A DNA stretch of 59,448 nt, from assembly GCA_013214665.1 (NCBI GenBank), contig JABSSA010000043.1:1-59448 (forward strand), in the 5' to 3' direction. Numbering within the stretch: position 1 is the stretch's first letter; each line of letters starts with the position of its first letter. The notes beneath the pieces are model-generated. The model had not been told where the DNA came from and ran no database searches. It worked only from the letters and a program-made list of their open reading frames with translations. This DNA is from Paracoccaceae bacterium (GTDB taxonomy: Bacteria; Pseudomonadota; Alphaproteobacteria; Rhodobacterales; Rhodobacteraceae). The position numbers were made by a program, and so were the translations under genes. This document shows positions 46,680 to 56,626 of the stretch, in pieces.

Positions 46680-48803
46680 TTAGACCTTTACACGCATCGC
46701 ATTCGCAAGAACCGTGATCGACGATGCAGACATGGCCAGCGCGGCGATCAAGGGTGTTGCCAGCCCAAAAATCGCAATCGGAACGGCGATCACATTGTAA
46801 AGGATTGCGATCCCAAAATTCTGTTTTGACAGCTGCACAGTCTTGCGGGCGACCTTCATGATCATTGGTAGTTGGCCAAGCGCATTTCCGATCATCACGA
46901 TGTCCGCCGCGTTTCGCGACGCATCCAACCCCGATCCCGGCGCGATTGAAACCGTAGCCGAAGCCAAGGCCGCCGTATCATTGATCCCATCGCCCACCAT
47001 ACAAACAGCTTTGGTTTGGGCGGTATTTTTAACGTATTGCGCCTTCTCCTCGGGTGATACAGCGCTGTGCCAACGTTCAAATCCGATACGCCTTGCCAAA
47101 GCAGCGGTCTTTGCTTCTGTGTCGCCAGAAACGATTTCGGCTGATGTATCCAACTCTTTCAGCCCGCCAACCAGCGTCTCGACCCCTTCCCTTAGGTTTT
47201 GTTCGCTGGAAAGAGGAACGCATGTGGTTCCGATCATCAAGATCAGCTCATCCCCGCCTTGCCCCAGCCAAGACGCACGCCCAAGAGCCACAGGTTGTTC
47301 GCGCCACGTGCCGCGCACCCCACATCCCGGGGTTTCGGTAACGCGGGTCAGCACGGCAACTTCGGTCTGGGGCAAATAGGCGACAAGCGCTCGGGACAAA
47401 GGGTGCGATGATTGAGATGCCAATGCCTTGATAACGGCCTTTTGGTCTTCATTCAGATGTGCAACGTCGAAAGAAAAACCGGGCGTCGTGAGCGTGCCGG
47501 TCTTGTCAAAGATCATTGCAGAGACTGATGCCAAGCGTTCAAGCGCCGTGCCCGATTTCACCAAGAACCCCAGTCGGTAAAGTCGGCTTATGGCTGCGGT
47601 TGATACTGCTGGAACAGCGAGCCCCAACGCACAAGGGCACGTGATGATCAACACGGCAATCGCAACGTTCAAAGCATGCCGTACGTCGCCATCATAAATG
47701 ATCCAGCCCAGAAAACTGACAGCCGCCAAAAGATGCACGACAGGTGCATAAAACTGCGCTGCCCTGTCGGCGAGCGAAGTATAGCTGTTGCGCGCGTTCT
47801 CAGCGGTCTCAACGAGATTTGCAATGCGCGACAGTCTTGTGTCTCGGCCAATGGCTGTCGCGACCATTTCGAATGGCACACCAAGGTTAATCTCACCCGC
47901 AGACAGATCGTCGCCAAACGCACTATGCGCCGGTTCGCTTTCGCCCGTCAGAAAAGACCGGTCGGTATAGGCATTTGCAGCTTGCAGATGTCCGTCCACA
48001 GGTACCCGCATGCCAGAATGGACCAGGATCAGATCGCCGGCTTTCAGATCTTGCACCGCAACTGTTTCAATAGTGTCACCAGATTTTCGTTGTGCGGTGT
48101 GCACCTCTAGAGCGGCAAGTTCAGATGCGGCGGATCGCGCAGCAGATTTGGTCCGATGTTCAAGATATCGCCCAATTAAAAGGAAAAATGTCAGCGACAA
48201 AGCAGCATCGAAATAGGCATGCGCCCCGCCATGCAAAGACTCGTACAAAGACATGCCCGCCGCCAATAGGATCGCAAGCGAAATGGGCACATCCATATTA
48301 AGCCGCCGCGCGCGTAAGGCTTGCCATGCATGAACAAAGAAGGGTTGTGCCGAGAATATTACCGCGGGCAACGCAATCATTGCCGAAATCAGATGGAACA
48401 AGTCGCGCGTGGCACCGCTCGCTCCGGACCAGACAGCAACCGATAACAGCATGACGTTCATCATAGCAAACCCGGCCACGCCCATCCGCAGGATCAGGTC
48501 ACGCCCAGTAGGATCACCCTCTTTCGTCAGGGCCGCTAAATCCAATGGGAAAGCGTCATATCCGATGGATTTAAGCTCTGCGATGATGTCGACATCAGGC
48601 AGGTTGGAATGGACTGTTACGCGCTTTTGTGTGGCGTTCACACGGGCATCACGTACGCCGACAACACCCGCAAGATGCCGCTCAATCGCGCCAATGCATG
48701 CCGCGCAGCGGATTGATGGCACCGAAAACTTTGCGCCGCTATCACCCTCTGCCAACTCAGTGGCCAACGGCGCCGCAACGCATGCAGAACAGGCCGCCGT
48801 CAT
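46680..48803 (-). CDS. ccoI: Copper-translocating P1B-type ATPase CcoI/FixI
   Basis: N-terminal CAAC metal-binding motif, TM CPC motif (ITCPCALGLAVP), and DKTGTLT. Confidence 0.9.
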   Translation of the reverse strand: MTAACSACVAAPLATELAEGDSGAKFSVPSIRCAACIGAIERHLAGVVGVRDARVNATQKRVTVHSNLPDVDIIAELKSIGYDAFPLDLAALTKEGDPTGRDLILRMGVAGFAMMNVMLLSVAVWSGASGATRDLFHLISAMIALPAVIFSAQPFFVHAWQALRARRLNMDVPISLAILLAAGMSLYESLHGGAHAYFDAALSLTFFLLIGRYLEHRTKSAARSAASELAALEVHTAQRKSGDTIETVAVQDLKAGDLILVHSGMRVPVDGHLQAANAYTDRSFLTGESEPAHSAFGDDLSAGEINLGVPFEMVATAIGRDTRLSRIANLVETAENARNSYTSLADRAAQFYAPVVHLLAAVSFLGWIIYDGDVRHALNVAIAVLIITCPCALGLAVPAVSTAAISRLYRLGFLVKSGTALERLASVSAMIFDKTGTLTTPGFSFDVAHLNEDQKAVIKALASQSSHPLSRALVAYLPQTEVAVLTRVTETPGCGVRGTWREQPVALGRASWLGQGGDELILMIGTTCVPLSSEQNLREGVETLVGGLKELDTSAEIVSGDTEAKTAALARRIGFERWHSAVSPEEKAQYVKNTAQTKAVCMVGDGINDTAALASATVSIAPGSGLDASRNAADIVMIGNALGQLPMIMKVARKTVQLSKQNFGIAILYNVIAVPIAIFGLATPLIAALAMSASSITVLANAMRVKV

Positions 48804-49255
48804 CCCAGCACCTCAACCACAATGCGCTGTTGAAACCGGGTTCCATCCTCTGCAACGGCAACAATCCGCAGGTTCCAGTTTCCTGGGCCGGCCATCACGT
48901 TGGCTGTAAAACGGCCCTCTTCATAGGTGAAATCGGCAATCTGATCTGCGGCGACGCTTGTGGCGCGGCCAAAAACGGCCGTCTTGATTTGGGGGGCAAC
49001 GGGCTCTCCGTCCTGAGCAAAGCGCAGTGACAGTTGATCCCCTTCAAGGGCCGCGCTCACATCCCACCCCAAAGCCTCTTGCGCACTGCGTTGTGCCTCA
49101 AAACCTTGGCTGGCGACATATGAATTCTTGACTTCAAGGCCGGGAAAGCTGCGAACGGCGTTGAACGCCAGGGTCATGTTGACCGCGATGATTGTGCCGA
49201 AGCCAAAGGCGAATATGCCAAAGACGTGCCGTCCGTTGATCTGTTTCATCTTCAC
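48800..49255 (-). CDS. ccoH: CcoH/FixH cbb3 oxidase assembly protein
   Basis: INGRHVFGIFAFGFGTIIAVNMTLAFNAV. Overlaps both neighbours by 4 nt. Confidence 0.85.
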   Translation of the reverse strand: MKMKQINGRHVFGIFAFGFGTIIAVNMTLAFNAVRSFPGLEVKNSYVASQGFEAQRSAQEALGWDVSAALEGDQLSLRFAQDGEPVAPQIKTAVFGRATSVAADQIADFTYEEGRFTANVMAGPGNWNLRIVAVAEDGTRFQQRIVVEVLG

Positions 49256-50661
49256 TCTCCCGCCCCGTTGAAAACTGTATTGCGATAAGCGCGCTCGCCA
49301 TTGCCCAAATCTTCGACCCAGAAACGCACAGGGGTTTCACCTTGTGTGGCAGGGGTGCTGGCGGACGCCGCGGTCAGGTAGACGCGCAATTTCAAGGTGT
49401 CATCTGCCGGAACCTGAACCGCGCTGTAAGCGGTGCCCTCAAGGCTTAGGTTCAGAGAAAGATCGCCGTTCACGTGCAAGCCAAACATACGCGGCTCACC
49501 ATGTTTGTTCCGCAAGCGCAGCTCATAGGTATTCCGAACAGCACCGTCAGAAAGGGTCACGAACGTCGGATTGCGGACCGGTGCAACTGTCATTTCGATC
49601 TCAGGGCGAATGAACAGAGCATAGACCATCGCAGCGCCAATTGCGGCCCAGATGCAGGTGTACAAGATCGTCCGTGGACGCAGCACGTGCTGCCAAAACG
49701 GGCGTGGCACTTCGCCAGCCTGTTCGCGTGGCGCATCGGACAAAGCGAGATAGTCGATCAACCCTCGGTCTCGTCCGAGCTTGCCCATCACATCGTCGCA
49801 AGCATCGATGCATAGCGCGCAGGTGATGCACTCCATCTGCTGGCCATCGCGGATGTCGATACCCATGGGGCAAACGTTGACGCAGGCCATACAGTCCACG
49901 CAATCGCCCACATTTGCATCACGCGATTTGCCGCGCGGCTCGCCACGCCAGTCGCGATATCCGACGGTCAGAGTGTCATTATCCATCATCGCACCCTGAA
50001 TGCGTGGCCAAGGACACATGTAGATACAGACCTGTTCGCGCATCAAACCGCCGAACACGAACGTCGTAGCTGTCAGCACGGCAATGGTGGCATACGCGAC
50101 CGGTGCTGCCTGAAAGCTGAGCAAGTCCCGCATAAGCGTTGGCGCGTCGGCAAAATAGAAAACCCAAGCGCCGCCGGTCGCCAGCCCGATCAATGCCCAA
50201 GCGGTCCATTTGGTCATCCGCAAACGCGCTTTGCGCAACGACCAACCGGCACGGTGCAATTTGAGGCGCGCGTTGCGATCACCTTCAATCCAGCGCTCAA
50301 CCAGGATGAAAAGGTCTGTCCACACAGTCTGTGGACAGGTGTAACCGCACCAAACGCGACCCAAAGCAGACGTAAAAAGAAAAAGGCCGAGCCCCGCCAT
50401 GATCAACAAACCCGCTACAAAGTAAAACTCGTGCGGCCAAATCTCGATCCAAAAGAAATAAAAGCGGCGCCCGGCCAGATCGACCAGGACAGCCTGGTCA
50501 GGGAGATTAGGTCCTCGGTCCCAGCGGATCCAAGGGGTGAGATAGTAAATGCCCAACGTGACCAACATCACGACCCATTTCAGGGTGCGGAATTTCCCAT
50601 AAACCCGCTTGGGAAAGATGGGCTCGCGCGCGGCATAGAGGTTTTCGGATGCTGGAGTCAT
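49252..50661 (-). CDS. ccoG: CcoG/FixG (RdxB-like) 4Fe-4S membrane protein
   Basis: MTPASENLYAAREPIFPKRVYGKFRTLKW... and the two ferredoxin motifs CIYMCPWP and CVDCMACVNVCP / CITCALCIDAC. GAAGG RBS before the ATG at 50661. The longer track ORF runs through the FNR box and a terminator. Confidence 0.9.
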   Translation of the reverse strand: MTPASENLYAAREPIFPKRVYGKFRTLKWVVMLVTLGIYYLTPWIRWDRGPNLPDQAVLVDLAGRRFYFFWIEIWPHEFYFVAGLLIMAGLGLFLFTSALGRVWCGYTCPQTVWTDLFILVERWIEGDRNARLKLHRAGWSLRKARLRMTKWTAWALIGLATGGAWVFYFADAPTLMRDLLSFQAAPVAYATIAVLTATTFVFGGLMREQVCIYMCPWPRIQGAMMDNDTLTVGYRDWRGEPRGKSRDANVGDCVDCMACVNVCPMGIDIRDGQQMECITCALCIDACDDVMGKLGRDRGLIDYLALSDAPREQAGEVPRPFWQHVLRPRTILYTCIWAAIGAAMVYALFIRPEIEMTVAPVRNPTFVTLSDGAVRNTYELRLRNKHGEPRMFGLHVNGDLSLNLSLEGTAYSAVQVPADDTLKLRVYLTAASASTPATQGETPVRFWVEDLGNGERAYRNTVFNGAGE

Positions 50662-50715
50662 TTTTGAGCCTTCAGTGGGTCGAGCCGAACATAAGATGCT
50701 TGGCCGCAGCCAACC

Positions 50716-50729
50716 TTGACTCAGATCAA
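50716..50729. promoter_or_regulatory. FNR/FnrL box upstream of ccoG
   Basis: TTGACTCAGATCAA (TTGAC-N4-ATCAA), centred 61.5 nt upstream of the ccoG ATG. Confidence 0.6.
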
Positions 50730-50732
50730 ATT

Positions 50733-50761
50733 CCGCCCGAGGTCTCAAAAACCTCGGGCGG
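50733..50761 (-). terminator. Hairpin terminator after ccoP
   Basis: CCGCCCGAGGT, 7-nt loop, ACCTCGGGCGG (11-bp perfect stem). On the minus strand it is followed by AATTTGA and lies 7 nt after the ccoP stop. Confidence 0.55.
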
Positions 50762-50767
50762 CGAAGT

Positions 50768-51625
50768 TCACTCGCCTCCTCCAAGCGAATGAACATAGGT
50801 GGATACCGCGCGCACATCGACCTCGGTCAAACGCTGACCCCAGGCGGGCATCACACCAAAGCGGGAATACGTGATGGTCTGCGTCAGACTGTCGGGATCC
50901 CCCCCATAAAGCCAAATCGCGTCCGCCAGATTGGGCGCACCTTGGCTGCGATCCCCAAGCCCCGCGTCACCGTGGCAAGACGCGCAATTGTCTGCGAACA
51001 AAGCGCCTCCGGGGCTGTCCCAATCGGCATCCGGCAGCGTTGGAAGGAATGAGACCAGCGTGTCGATCTCAGTGGCCTCACGAATTTCACCAAAGGCTGG
51101 CATCTGCGACCAATGCGCGTCGTCATCGGTTTCGTTTCGGATACCGTGCCGCACCGAATGCGCCACCTCTTCCAATGAACCTCCCCAAAGCCAGTCATTG
51201 TCGAGCAGGTTGGGATACCCTTTGGCACCCGCTGCACCCGAGCCGTGGCATTGGCTGCATTGTGCGCGAAAGACCGATGCGCCGCGGGCAACTGCATAGC
51301 GGTGCAGGTCTGATTGCGGGTCGAACGCCGCCAGATTTACAGCGTTCAGGTCTTCAACGAGGTTGGCATTTGCCGCCTCATGCGATGCGATGTCCTGAGT
51401 GACCTCGCCGCGGGTTGAATATCCCAACAGACCAGCCGTTGCGCCCGAAATCATCGGCCAGGCAGGAAAGGCGATCGTGTATCCTATGCCCCAGATAACC
51501 GTCAGGTAAAATGTGATGAGCCACCATCGTGGCATCGGAGTGTTTAGCTCTTCGATCCCATCGAACTCATGGCCCATGGTTTCGCGACCGGTCAGGTCAT
51601 CTTTGCGCGGCTCACCCATTTTCAA
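50768..51625 (-). CDS. ccoP: cbb3-type cytochrome c oxidase subunit III (dihaem c)
   Basis: Two CxxCH motifs (CSQCHG, CASCHG). N-terminal HEFDGIEELNTPMPRWW. Confidence 0.92.
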   Translation of the reverse strand: MKMGEPRKDDLTGRETMGHEFDGIEELNTPMPRWWLITFYLTVIWGIGYTIAFPAWPMISGATAGLLGYSTRGEVTQDIASHEAANANLVEDLNAVNLAAFDPQSDLHRYAVARGASVFRAQCSQCHGSGAAGAKGYPNLLDNDWLWGGSLEEVAHSVRHGIRNETDDDAHWSQMPAFGEIREATEIDTLVSFLPTLPDADWDSPGGALFADNCASCHGDAGLGDRSQGAPNLADAIWLYGGDPDSLTQTITYSRFGVMPAWGQRLTEVDVRAVSTYVHSLGGGE

Positions 51626-51836
51626 GCCCTTTCATGAAATCGAATTTTGCTTTGCAGGACTCGCAAGAGCCTGTGCATTTGGCTTTGTCATCCCGCAGCG
51701 GGATCGAGGCCGCATCATCGCGAGCCGGTTGCAGCGACGGCCAGAATGCAAAGATCCAAACGCCGATGAAAAAGCCGAAAAGCACGACCAAGAACCAGCT
51801 GTCAGCGAATTCGCGCAAAAAGGTATATGTTTCCAT
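51612..51836 (-). CDS. ccoQ: cbb3-type cytochrome c oxidase subunit CcoQ (with an unusual Cys-rich C-terminal tail)
   Basis: METYTFLREFADSWFLVVLFGFFIGVWIFAFWP. AAGGAG RBS overlaps the end of ccoO. The position between ccoO and ccoP fits. Confidence 0.8.
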   Translation of the reverse strand: METYTFLREFADSWFLVVLFGFFIGVWIFAFWPSLQPARDDAASIPLRDDKAKCTGSCESCKAKFDFMKGLENG

Positions 51837-51848
51837 GAGTGTGGCTCC

Positions 51849-52574
51849 TTATCGGCTCGCGTCGGGAACAAAGGTCGAGAAATCGACCAGCGTCCCGAGC
51901 ATCTGCATGTAGGCGATGAGCGCATCCATCTCGGTCAGCTCTGGCTGGCCATCGAAATTACCGATGGCGGCTCCGGGATAACGCGCCAACATGTCGTCCC
52001 AATCGGCATCTGGGTCGGCCTGAACTTGAAAGTCGCTATAGGCGTTTTCGATCTGCGCATCGCTATAGGGCACACCGACAAAACGATGCGTTTTCATCAA
52101 ATCGCCAATGTGGTCCCCATCCAGACGGGCCTCCATCAGAAACCCGTATTTGGGCATGATGCTTTCGGGCACCACCGATTGGGGGTCGATCAGGTGATCC
52201 AAATGCCAGTCGTCTGAATAGCGGCCGCCGACGCGCGCCAAGTCTGGCCCGGTGCGTTTGGACCCCCATTGGAAGGGGTGGTCATACATGCTTTCGGCGG
52301 CCAGCGAATAATGCCCGTACCGTTCCACCTCATCGCGCATAGGGCGGATCATCTGGCTGTGGCAGACGTAACAGCCTTCGCGGATATAGACATCGCGCCC
52401 AGCCAACTCGAGAGGGCTGTAAGGGCGCATACCCTCAACCTCTCCGATGGTGTTTTCGAGCCAAAAGAGAGGCGCAATTTCCACGATGCCGCCAATGGTC
52501 ACCACCGTAAGAGAAAAGGCGAGCAGCAAGGATGGGCTGCGTTCTAGAATGACGTGTTTGTCGATCAAAGCCAT
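51849..52574 (-). CDS. ccoO: cbb3-type cytochrome c oxidase subunit II (monohaem c)
   Basis: [22 protein letters not shown]...[16 protein letters not shown]. The start is M43 of the track ORF. Confidence 0.93.
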   Translation of the reverse strand: MALIDKHVILERSPSLLLAFSLTVVTIGGIVEIAPLFWLENTIGEVEGMRPYSPLELAGRDVYIREGCYVCHSQMIRPMRDEVERYGHYSLAAESMYDHPFQWGSKRTGPDLARVGGRYSDDWHLDHLIDPQSVVPESIMPKYGFLMEARLDGDHIGDLMKTHRFVGVPYSDAQIENAYSDFQVQADPDADWDDMLARYPGAAIGNFDGQPELTEMDALIAYMQMLGTLVDFSTFVPDASR

Positions 52575-52585
52575 CTGATCTCTCC

Positions 52586-54226
52586 TTATTCGGCAGGTGT
52601 TGCAGCTGGGGCGGAGGTTTCGCCCGCGGGTGGTGTCATCTGCGACACGGGCTGGTTGACCCGCGCGTATCCACGAATGGTCATCCACATGTTCCAGCAC
52701 ATGATCCCGGCCCCAGCGAGATAAAGAACCCCGCCCAAACCACGCACCACATACATTGGGAACTTGGCACTGACCGTGTCTGCAAAGCTGTTGACCAGGA
52801 ACCCTTGGTCATCCACCTCGCGCCACATCAGGCCTTCCATGATGCCGGTGACCCACATCGACGCGGCATAGAGAACGATCCCAATCATCGCGAGCCAGAA
52901 GTGCCAGTTCATCGCCGCGGTCGAATACATCGCCCCGCGGTTCCACAGGCGTGGCGTCAGGAAATAAATCATCGCGAAGATAATCATTCCGTTCCAACCC
53001 AGCGCGCCGGAATGCACGTGCCCCACCGTCCAGTCGGTATAGTGGCTGAGCGAATTGACCGCGCGGATCGACATCATCGGCCCTTCAAAGGTCGCCATGC
53101 CATAGAAGGCGAGGCTGGCGACAAGGAACCGGATAATCGGATCAGTGCGGATTTTGTCCCAAGCGCCATTGAGCGTCATCAGACCGTTCATCATGCCGGC
53201 CCAGCTTGGCATCCACAGGATGACGCTGAACACCATGCCAAGGGTCGAGGCCCAATCGGGCAGCGCGGTATAGTGCAAATGGTGCGGACCGGCCCAGATA
53301 TAGAGAAAGATCAGCGCCCAGAAGTGCACGATGGACAGCTTGTAACTGTAAACCGGACGGTTGGCCTGCTTGGGGACATAGTAATACATCATCCCCAAAA
53401 AACCCGCCGTCAGGAAGAAGCCGACAGCATTGTGGCCGTACCACCATTGGGTCATCGCATCCTGCACACCCGCAAAAAGCTGTACCGATTTGCTGCCCCA
53501 GATGCTGACGGGCACCGCAAGATTGTTAACCACGTGCAGCATTGCGACAGTAATAATAAAAGCCAGGAAGAACCAGTTCGCGACGTAAATGTGCCGCTCG
53601 CGCCGGTTGATGATCGTACCGAGGAACACCACCAGATACGCAACCCAGATGATGGTCAGCCAGATATCCACGTACCATTCGGGCTCAGCGTATTCCTTGG
53701 ATTGCGTCGCTCCTAACAGGTACCCCGTGGCGGCCAGCACGATAAACAGCTGGTAGCCCCAGAAGACGAACCAAACGAGGTTGCCACCAAAAAGGCGCGT
53801 CCGCGACGTACGCTGCACGATATAAATACTCGACGCGATCAAGGCGTTTCCGCCAAAAGCAAAGATGACCGCCGAGGTATGCAGCGGGCGCAAGCGGCCA
53901 AAGTTGCCAAAGGGCTGCGCCCATTCGAAATTCAGCGCAGGAAAGGCCAGCTGAAACGCGATCAGGGTGCCAACAGCCAACCCCGCCATGCCCCAAAACG
54001 CGGTTGCGATAACCCCTGCGCGCACTGGGCCGTCCATATAATCGCCCATGGCAACAGATGGTCGAGGCTCATCCGTACCTCGCAAGGTCCAAATGAAAAG
54101 CCCCGCCGCAACGAGCAAAATGATGAATCCATGAACCCGAAACGCAATGTCATTGCCCTGATCGGCCGCATAGGCCGCAATCAGCGCGACCAGACCCAAG
54201 GCCGTGAGTTTTAGTGCATCTGCCAT
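52586..54226 (-). CDS. ccoN: cbb3-type cytochrome c oxidase subunit I
   Basis: 546 aa, multi-TM, haem-copper oxidase His ligands ([19 protein letters not shown]). Confidence 0.95.
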   Translation of the reverse strand: MADALKLTALGLVALIAAYAADQGNDIAFRVHGFIILLVAAGLFIWTLRGTDEPRPSVAMGDYMDGPVRAGVIATAFWGMAGLAVGTLIAFQLAFPALNFEWAQPFGNFGRLRPLHTSAVIFAFGGNALIASSIYIVQRTSRTRLFGGNLVWFVFWGYQLFIVLAATGYLLGATQSKEYAEPEWYVDIWLTIIWVAYLVVFLGTIINRRERHIYVANWFFLAFIITVAMLHVVNNLAVPVSIWGSKSVQLFAGVQDAMTQWWYGHNAVGFFLTAGFLGMMYYYVPKQANRPVYSYKLSIVHFWALIFLYIWAGPHHLHYTALPDWASTLGMVFSVILWMPSWAGMMNGLMTLNGAWDKIRTDPIIRFLVASLAFYGMATFEGPMMSIRAVNSLSHYTDWTVGHVHSGALGWNGMIIFAMIYFLTPRLWNRGAMYSTAAMNWHFWLAMIGIVLYAASMWVTGIMEGLMWREVDDQGFLVNSFADTVSAKFPMYVVRGLGGVLYLAGAGIMCWNMWMTIRGYARVNQPVSQMTPPAGETSAPAATPAE

Positions 54227-54306
54227 GCCAAACCTTTCCCGTTCCCTTCGCGGAATCAGATTCCGCAGCTTTGGGCCCGGTTTGGCTTGGTTCTGGTGTG
54301 GCTTCT

Positions 54307-54320
54307 TTGATCTAGGTCAA
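54307..54320. promoter_or_regulatory. FNR/FnrL box upstream of ccoN
   Basis: TTGATCTAGGTCAA, centred 87.5 nt upstream of the ccoN ATG. Confidence 0.65.
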
Positions 54321-54330
54321 TTCGACAAAA

Positions 54331-55059
54331 TCAAACGATAATGCCGCCATCGGCATCATCGCCGCTGGCCTCATGCAGCGCAGCAAGGTTCTTAATGAAA
54401 AAGTTTCGGCGCCCTTCAAACTCAATGATGCCGTCTTTTTTCATCGCAGAAAGCTGGCGACTGATGGTTTCCAACGTCAGACCCAGGAAATTCGCGATCT
54501 CTTCCCGTGTCAAAGGCAGGCTGTATTGCGCCACCGCTTGGTTCGGGATCGTACTGCGCCGCACGACCATTTCCAGGAATGTCGCGATCTTTTCACGCGC
54601 AGTTTTGCGCCCAAGAAGCACCATCCATTCCCGGGCCGCGTTTAACTCATCCAACGCCATTTCCATCATACGCTGTGAAATATGCGGCACCTCTTCGACC
54701 AACTTTTCGAATGGCTTACGCTGGAACTGACACAATGTGACTTCCGTCACGGCTGTGACGTCAAAATCGACGTATTCTCGCCCCGGCCTGCCAATAAAGT
54801 CAGAAGGCAGCAGCAGGCCAACAACCTGCGTCCGCCCATCCTCCATCGTGCGCGAAAGAGAAGCTATTCCGGTCACAACCGATGCAAATGTAACCAGCTC
54901 ATCGCCACGCCATATAATCGGCTGACCAGCCTCAAAAGTTTTATAGGACTTAATTTCCTCGAGCCGAGCAAGCTCGTCATCATCGCACCGCGCGCACACG
55001 GCCCTGTGCCTGATCGGGCACGATCCGCATTTTTCACGTTCGTTAAAGATAAGGGTCAT
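54331..55059 (-). CDS. fnrL: FnrL oxygen-sensing Crp/Fnr-family regulator
   Basis: N-terminal Cys cluster CGSCPIRHRAVCARC, a cNMP-like domain, and HTH TREEIANFLGLTLETISRQLSAMKKDG. Sits between hemN and ccoN, as I recall for Rhodobacter. Confidence 0.9.
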   Translation of the reverse strand: MTLIFNEREKCGSCPIRHRAVCARCDDDELARLEEIKSYKTFEAGQPIIWRGDELVTFASVVTGIASLSRTMEDGRTQVVGLLLPSDFIGRPGREYVDFDVTAVTEVTLCQFQRKPFEKLVEEVPHISQRMMEMALDELNAAREWMVLLGRKTAREKIATFLEMVVRRSTIPNQAVAQYSLPLTREEIANFLGLTLETISRQLSAMKKDGIIEFEGRRNFFIKNLAALHEASGDDADGGIIV

Positions 55060-55064
55060 GTTTG

Positions 55065-55078
55065 TTGATCTGAATCAA
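55065..55078. promoter_or_regulatory. Consensus FNR box in the fnrL-hemN divergent gap
   Basis: TTGATCTGAATCAA is a perfect TTGAT-N4-ATCAA. Its centre is 41.5 nt upstream of the hemN ATG and 12.5 nt upstream of the fnrL ATG. Confidence 0.75.
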
Positions 55079-55112
55079 AGCGCACCAGTCGCCGCTAGCG
55101 TACCAACGCCCC

Positions 55113-56468
55113 ATGGAACATGTAAACATCCTCCGAGAATACGGGCTTTTTGACGCAAAAGTCCCCCGATATACTAGCTATCCCCCTGCCAACCGGTTTG
55201 AGCCCAACACCGGCGCGCGGATGCAAGAGGACTGGCTCGCGGATGTTCCAACCAATGCACCTCTGTCGATTTATGTGCACATCCCATTTTGCCGACGCCT
55301 GTGTTGGTTTTGCGCTTGCCGCACACAAGGCACCCGAACGCTACAGCCTGTAGATGTTTACGTCGATGACCTTGTGTCAGAGATCGAAACTGTCACAAGT
55401 CGCATGACTGGCACCCATCAAATGGCACGGCTCCACTTGGGTGGAGGAACGCCGACGCTGTTGTCTGTGCCTCAGATGGATCGCTTGCTGGACACGCTTG
55501 ATCACTCCTTTGCCCGCGCCCCGGATTTTGAATTTTCCGTAGAGATAGACCCGACCGAAGCCGCACCTGAGATATTGGAGTTGTTAGCGGCACGCGGCAT
55601 GGCCCGCGCCAGCATCGGCGTACAGGATTTTGACCCAAAGGTTCAAAAGGCGATCGGGCGCCTGCAAAGCTACGCGCAAACCGAAAACGTGATCTCGCAA
55701 TTGCGAGACAGCGGTGTCACCAGCCTGAATGTCGACTTGCTTTATGGTCTACCCTACCAAACCAGCTCCACACTTAACGAGACGTTGCAGAAAGTGCATT
55801 TGCTCAAACCGGATCGCTTGGCCCTGTATGGCTATGCCCACGTGCCGCACATGTCCAAGCGTCAAGTCATGATCCAGAGTGATACGCTCCCAAGCTCGTT
55901 TGAACGTTATGAAGCTTCCGTCATTGCGCGTCGCTATCTGATGAGTGCCGGGTATGACGCCATCGGGATCGACCACTTTGCGCTCCCTTCGGACAGCTTG
56001 GCCAAAGCCGCCAAAACGGGTTCGATTAAGCGCAATTTCCAAGGTTATACCGATGACACCTGTGCAACTCTGATCGGTTTCGGCGCCTCAGCAATCTCAA
56101 AATTTCGGCAAGGATTTGTTCAAAACGCCGTTGCCACAAACGCCTATCAAACGCGTCTTCGCGAAGGAAAGCTGGCGGGTCACAAAGGCTATACCATGAC
56201 GCCGGAAGATACGGTAATTTCCGCTTTGATTGACCAGATCATGTGCCAGGCGCGCATAGATGTACGGGGGCTGTCTGATCGGCATGCGCCGTTTGCCCAC
56301 GGAATCAAGCAAATCGCACAAGATTTGCAGGACAGATTTCCCAAAGCGATCAACCTTCAGGATGGGAAGTTGAATTTCCGACCAGGAATGGACGTTCTGG
56401 CGCGCATTGTAGCGGCTCAGGCTGATACAACGTTACACCCCGACTCCGTACACAGCGCTGCGATTTAA
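55113..56468 (+). CDS. hemN: Oxygen-independent coproporphyrinogen III oxidase (radical SAM, HemN/HemZ)
   Basis: YGLFDAKVPRYTSYPPANRF and YVHIPFCRRLCWFCAC (CxxxCxxC). Confidence 0.92.
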   Translation: MEHVNILREYGLFDAKVPRYTSYPPANRFEPNTGARMQEDWLADVPTNAPLSIYVHIPFCRRLCWFCACRTQGTRTLQPVDVYVDDLVSEIETVTSRMTGTHQMARLHLGGGTPTLLSVPQMDRLLDTLDHSFARAPDFEFSVEIDPTEAAPEILELLAARGMARASIGVQDFDPKVQKAIGRLQSYAQTENVISQLRDSGVTSLNVDLLYGLPYQTSSTLNETLQKVHLLKPDRLALYGYAHVPHMSKRQVMIQSDTLPSSFERYEASVIARRYLMSAGYDAIGIDHFALPSDSLAKAAKTGSIKRNFQGYTDDTCATLIGFGASAISKFRQGFVQNAVATNAYQTRLREGKLAGHKGYTMTPEDTVISALIDQIMCQARIDVRGLSDRHAPFAHGIKQIAQDLQDRFPKAINLQDGKLNFRPGMDVLARIVAAQADTTLHPDSVHSAAI

Positions 56469-56626
56469 TGCCTGAGGCTCGCGTTAACGAAGCCGTGCCG
56501 CAAGTGTGGGTCTTAGCACGTCGAACACTTGTCAATTTCCGCGAGGTGGCAAAATATTTTTCCCTCTGCGCCTCTTGCATCGGAACATTTTCCTGCACAT
56601 CCTCTTTGACATAGGAGGATCACCCG

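Noticed and set aside
50662-50817. The N-terminal extension of ccoG; likewise 52575..52700 for ccoO.
   Set aside because: The extensions cross a terminator and an FNR box (ccoG) or the ccoN 3' end (ccoO). The internal starts have RBSs and match the usual CcoG and CcoO N-termini.
56469-56626. A possible FNR box or operator upstream of the MBL hydrolase (CTTGTCAATTTCC, TTGACATAGGAGG).
   Set aside because: Neither sequence fits TTGAT-N4-ATCAA in more than one half-site. It is more likely an ordinary promoter/RBS region.
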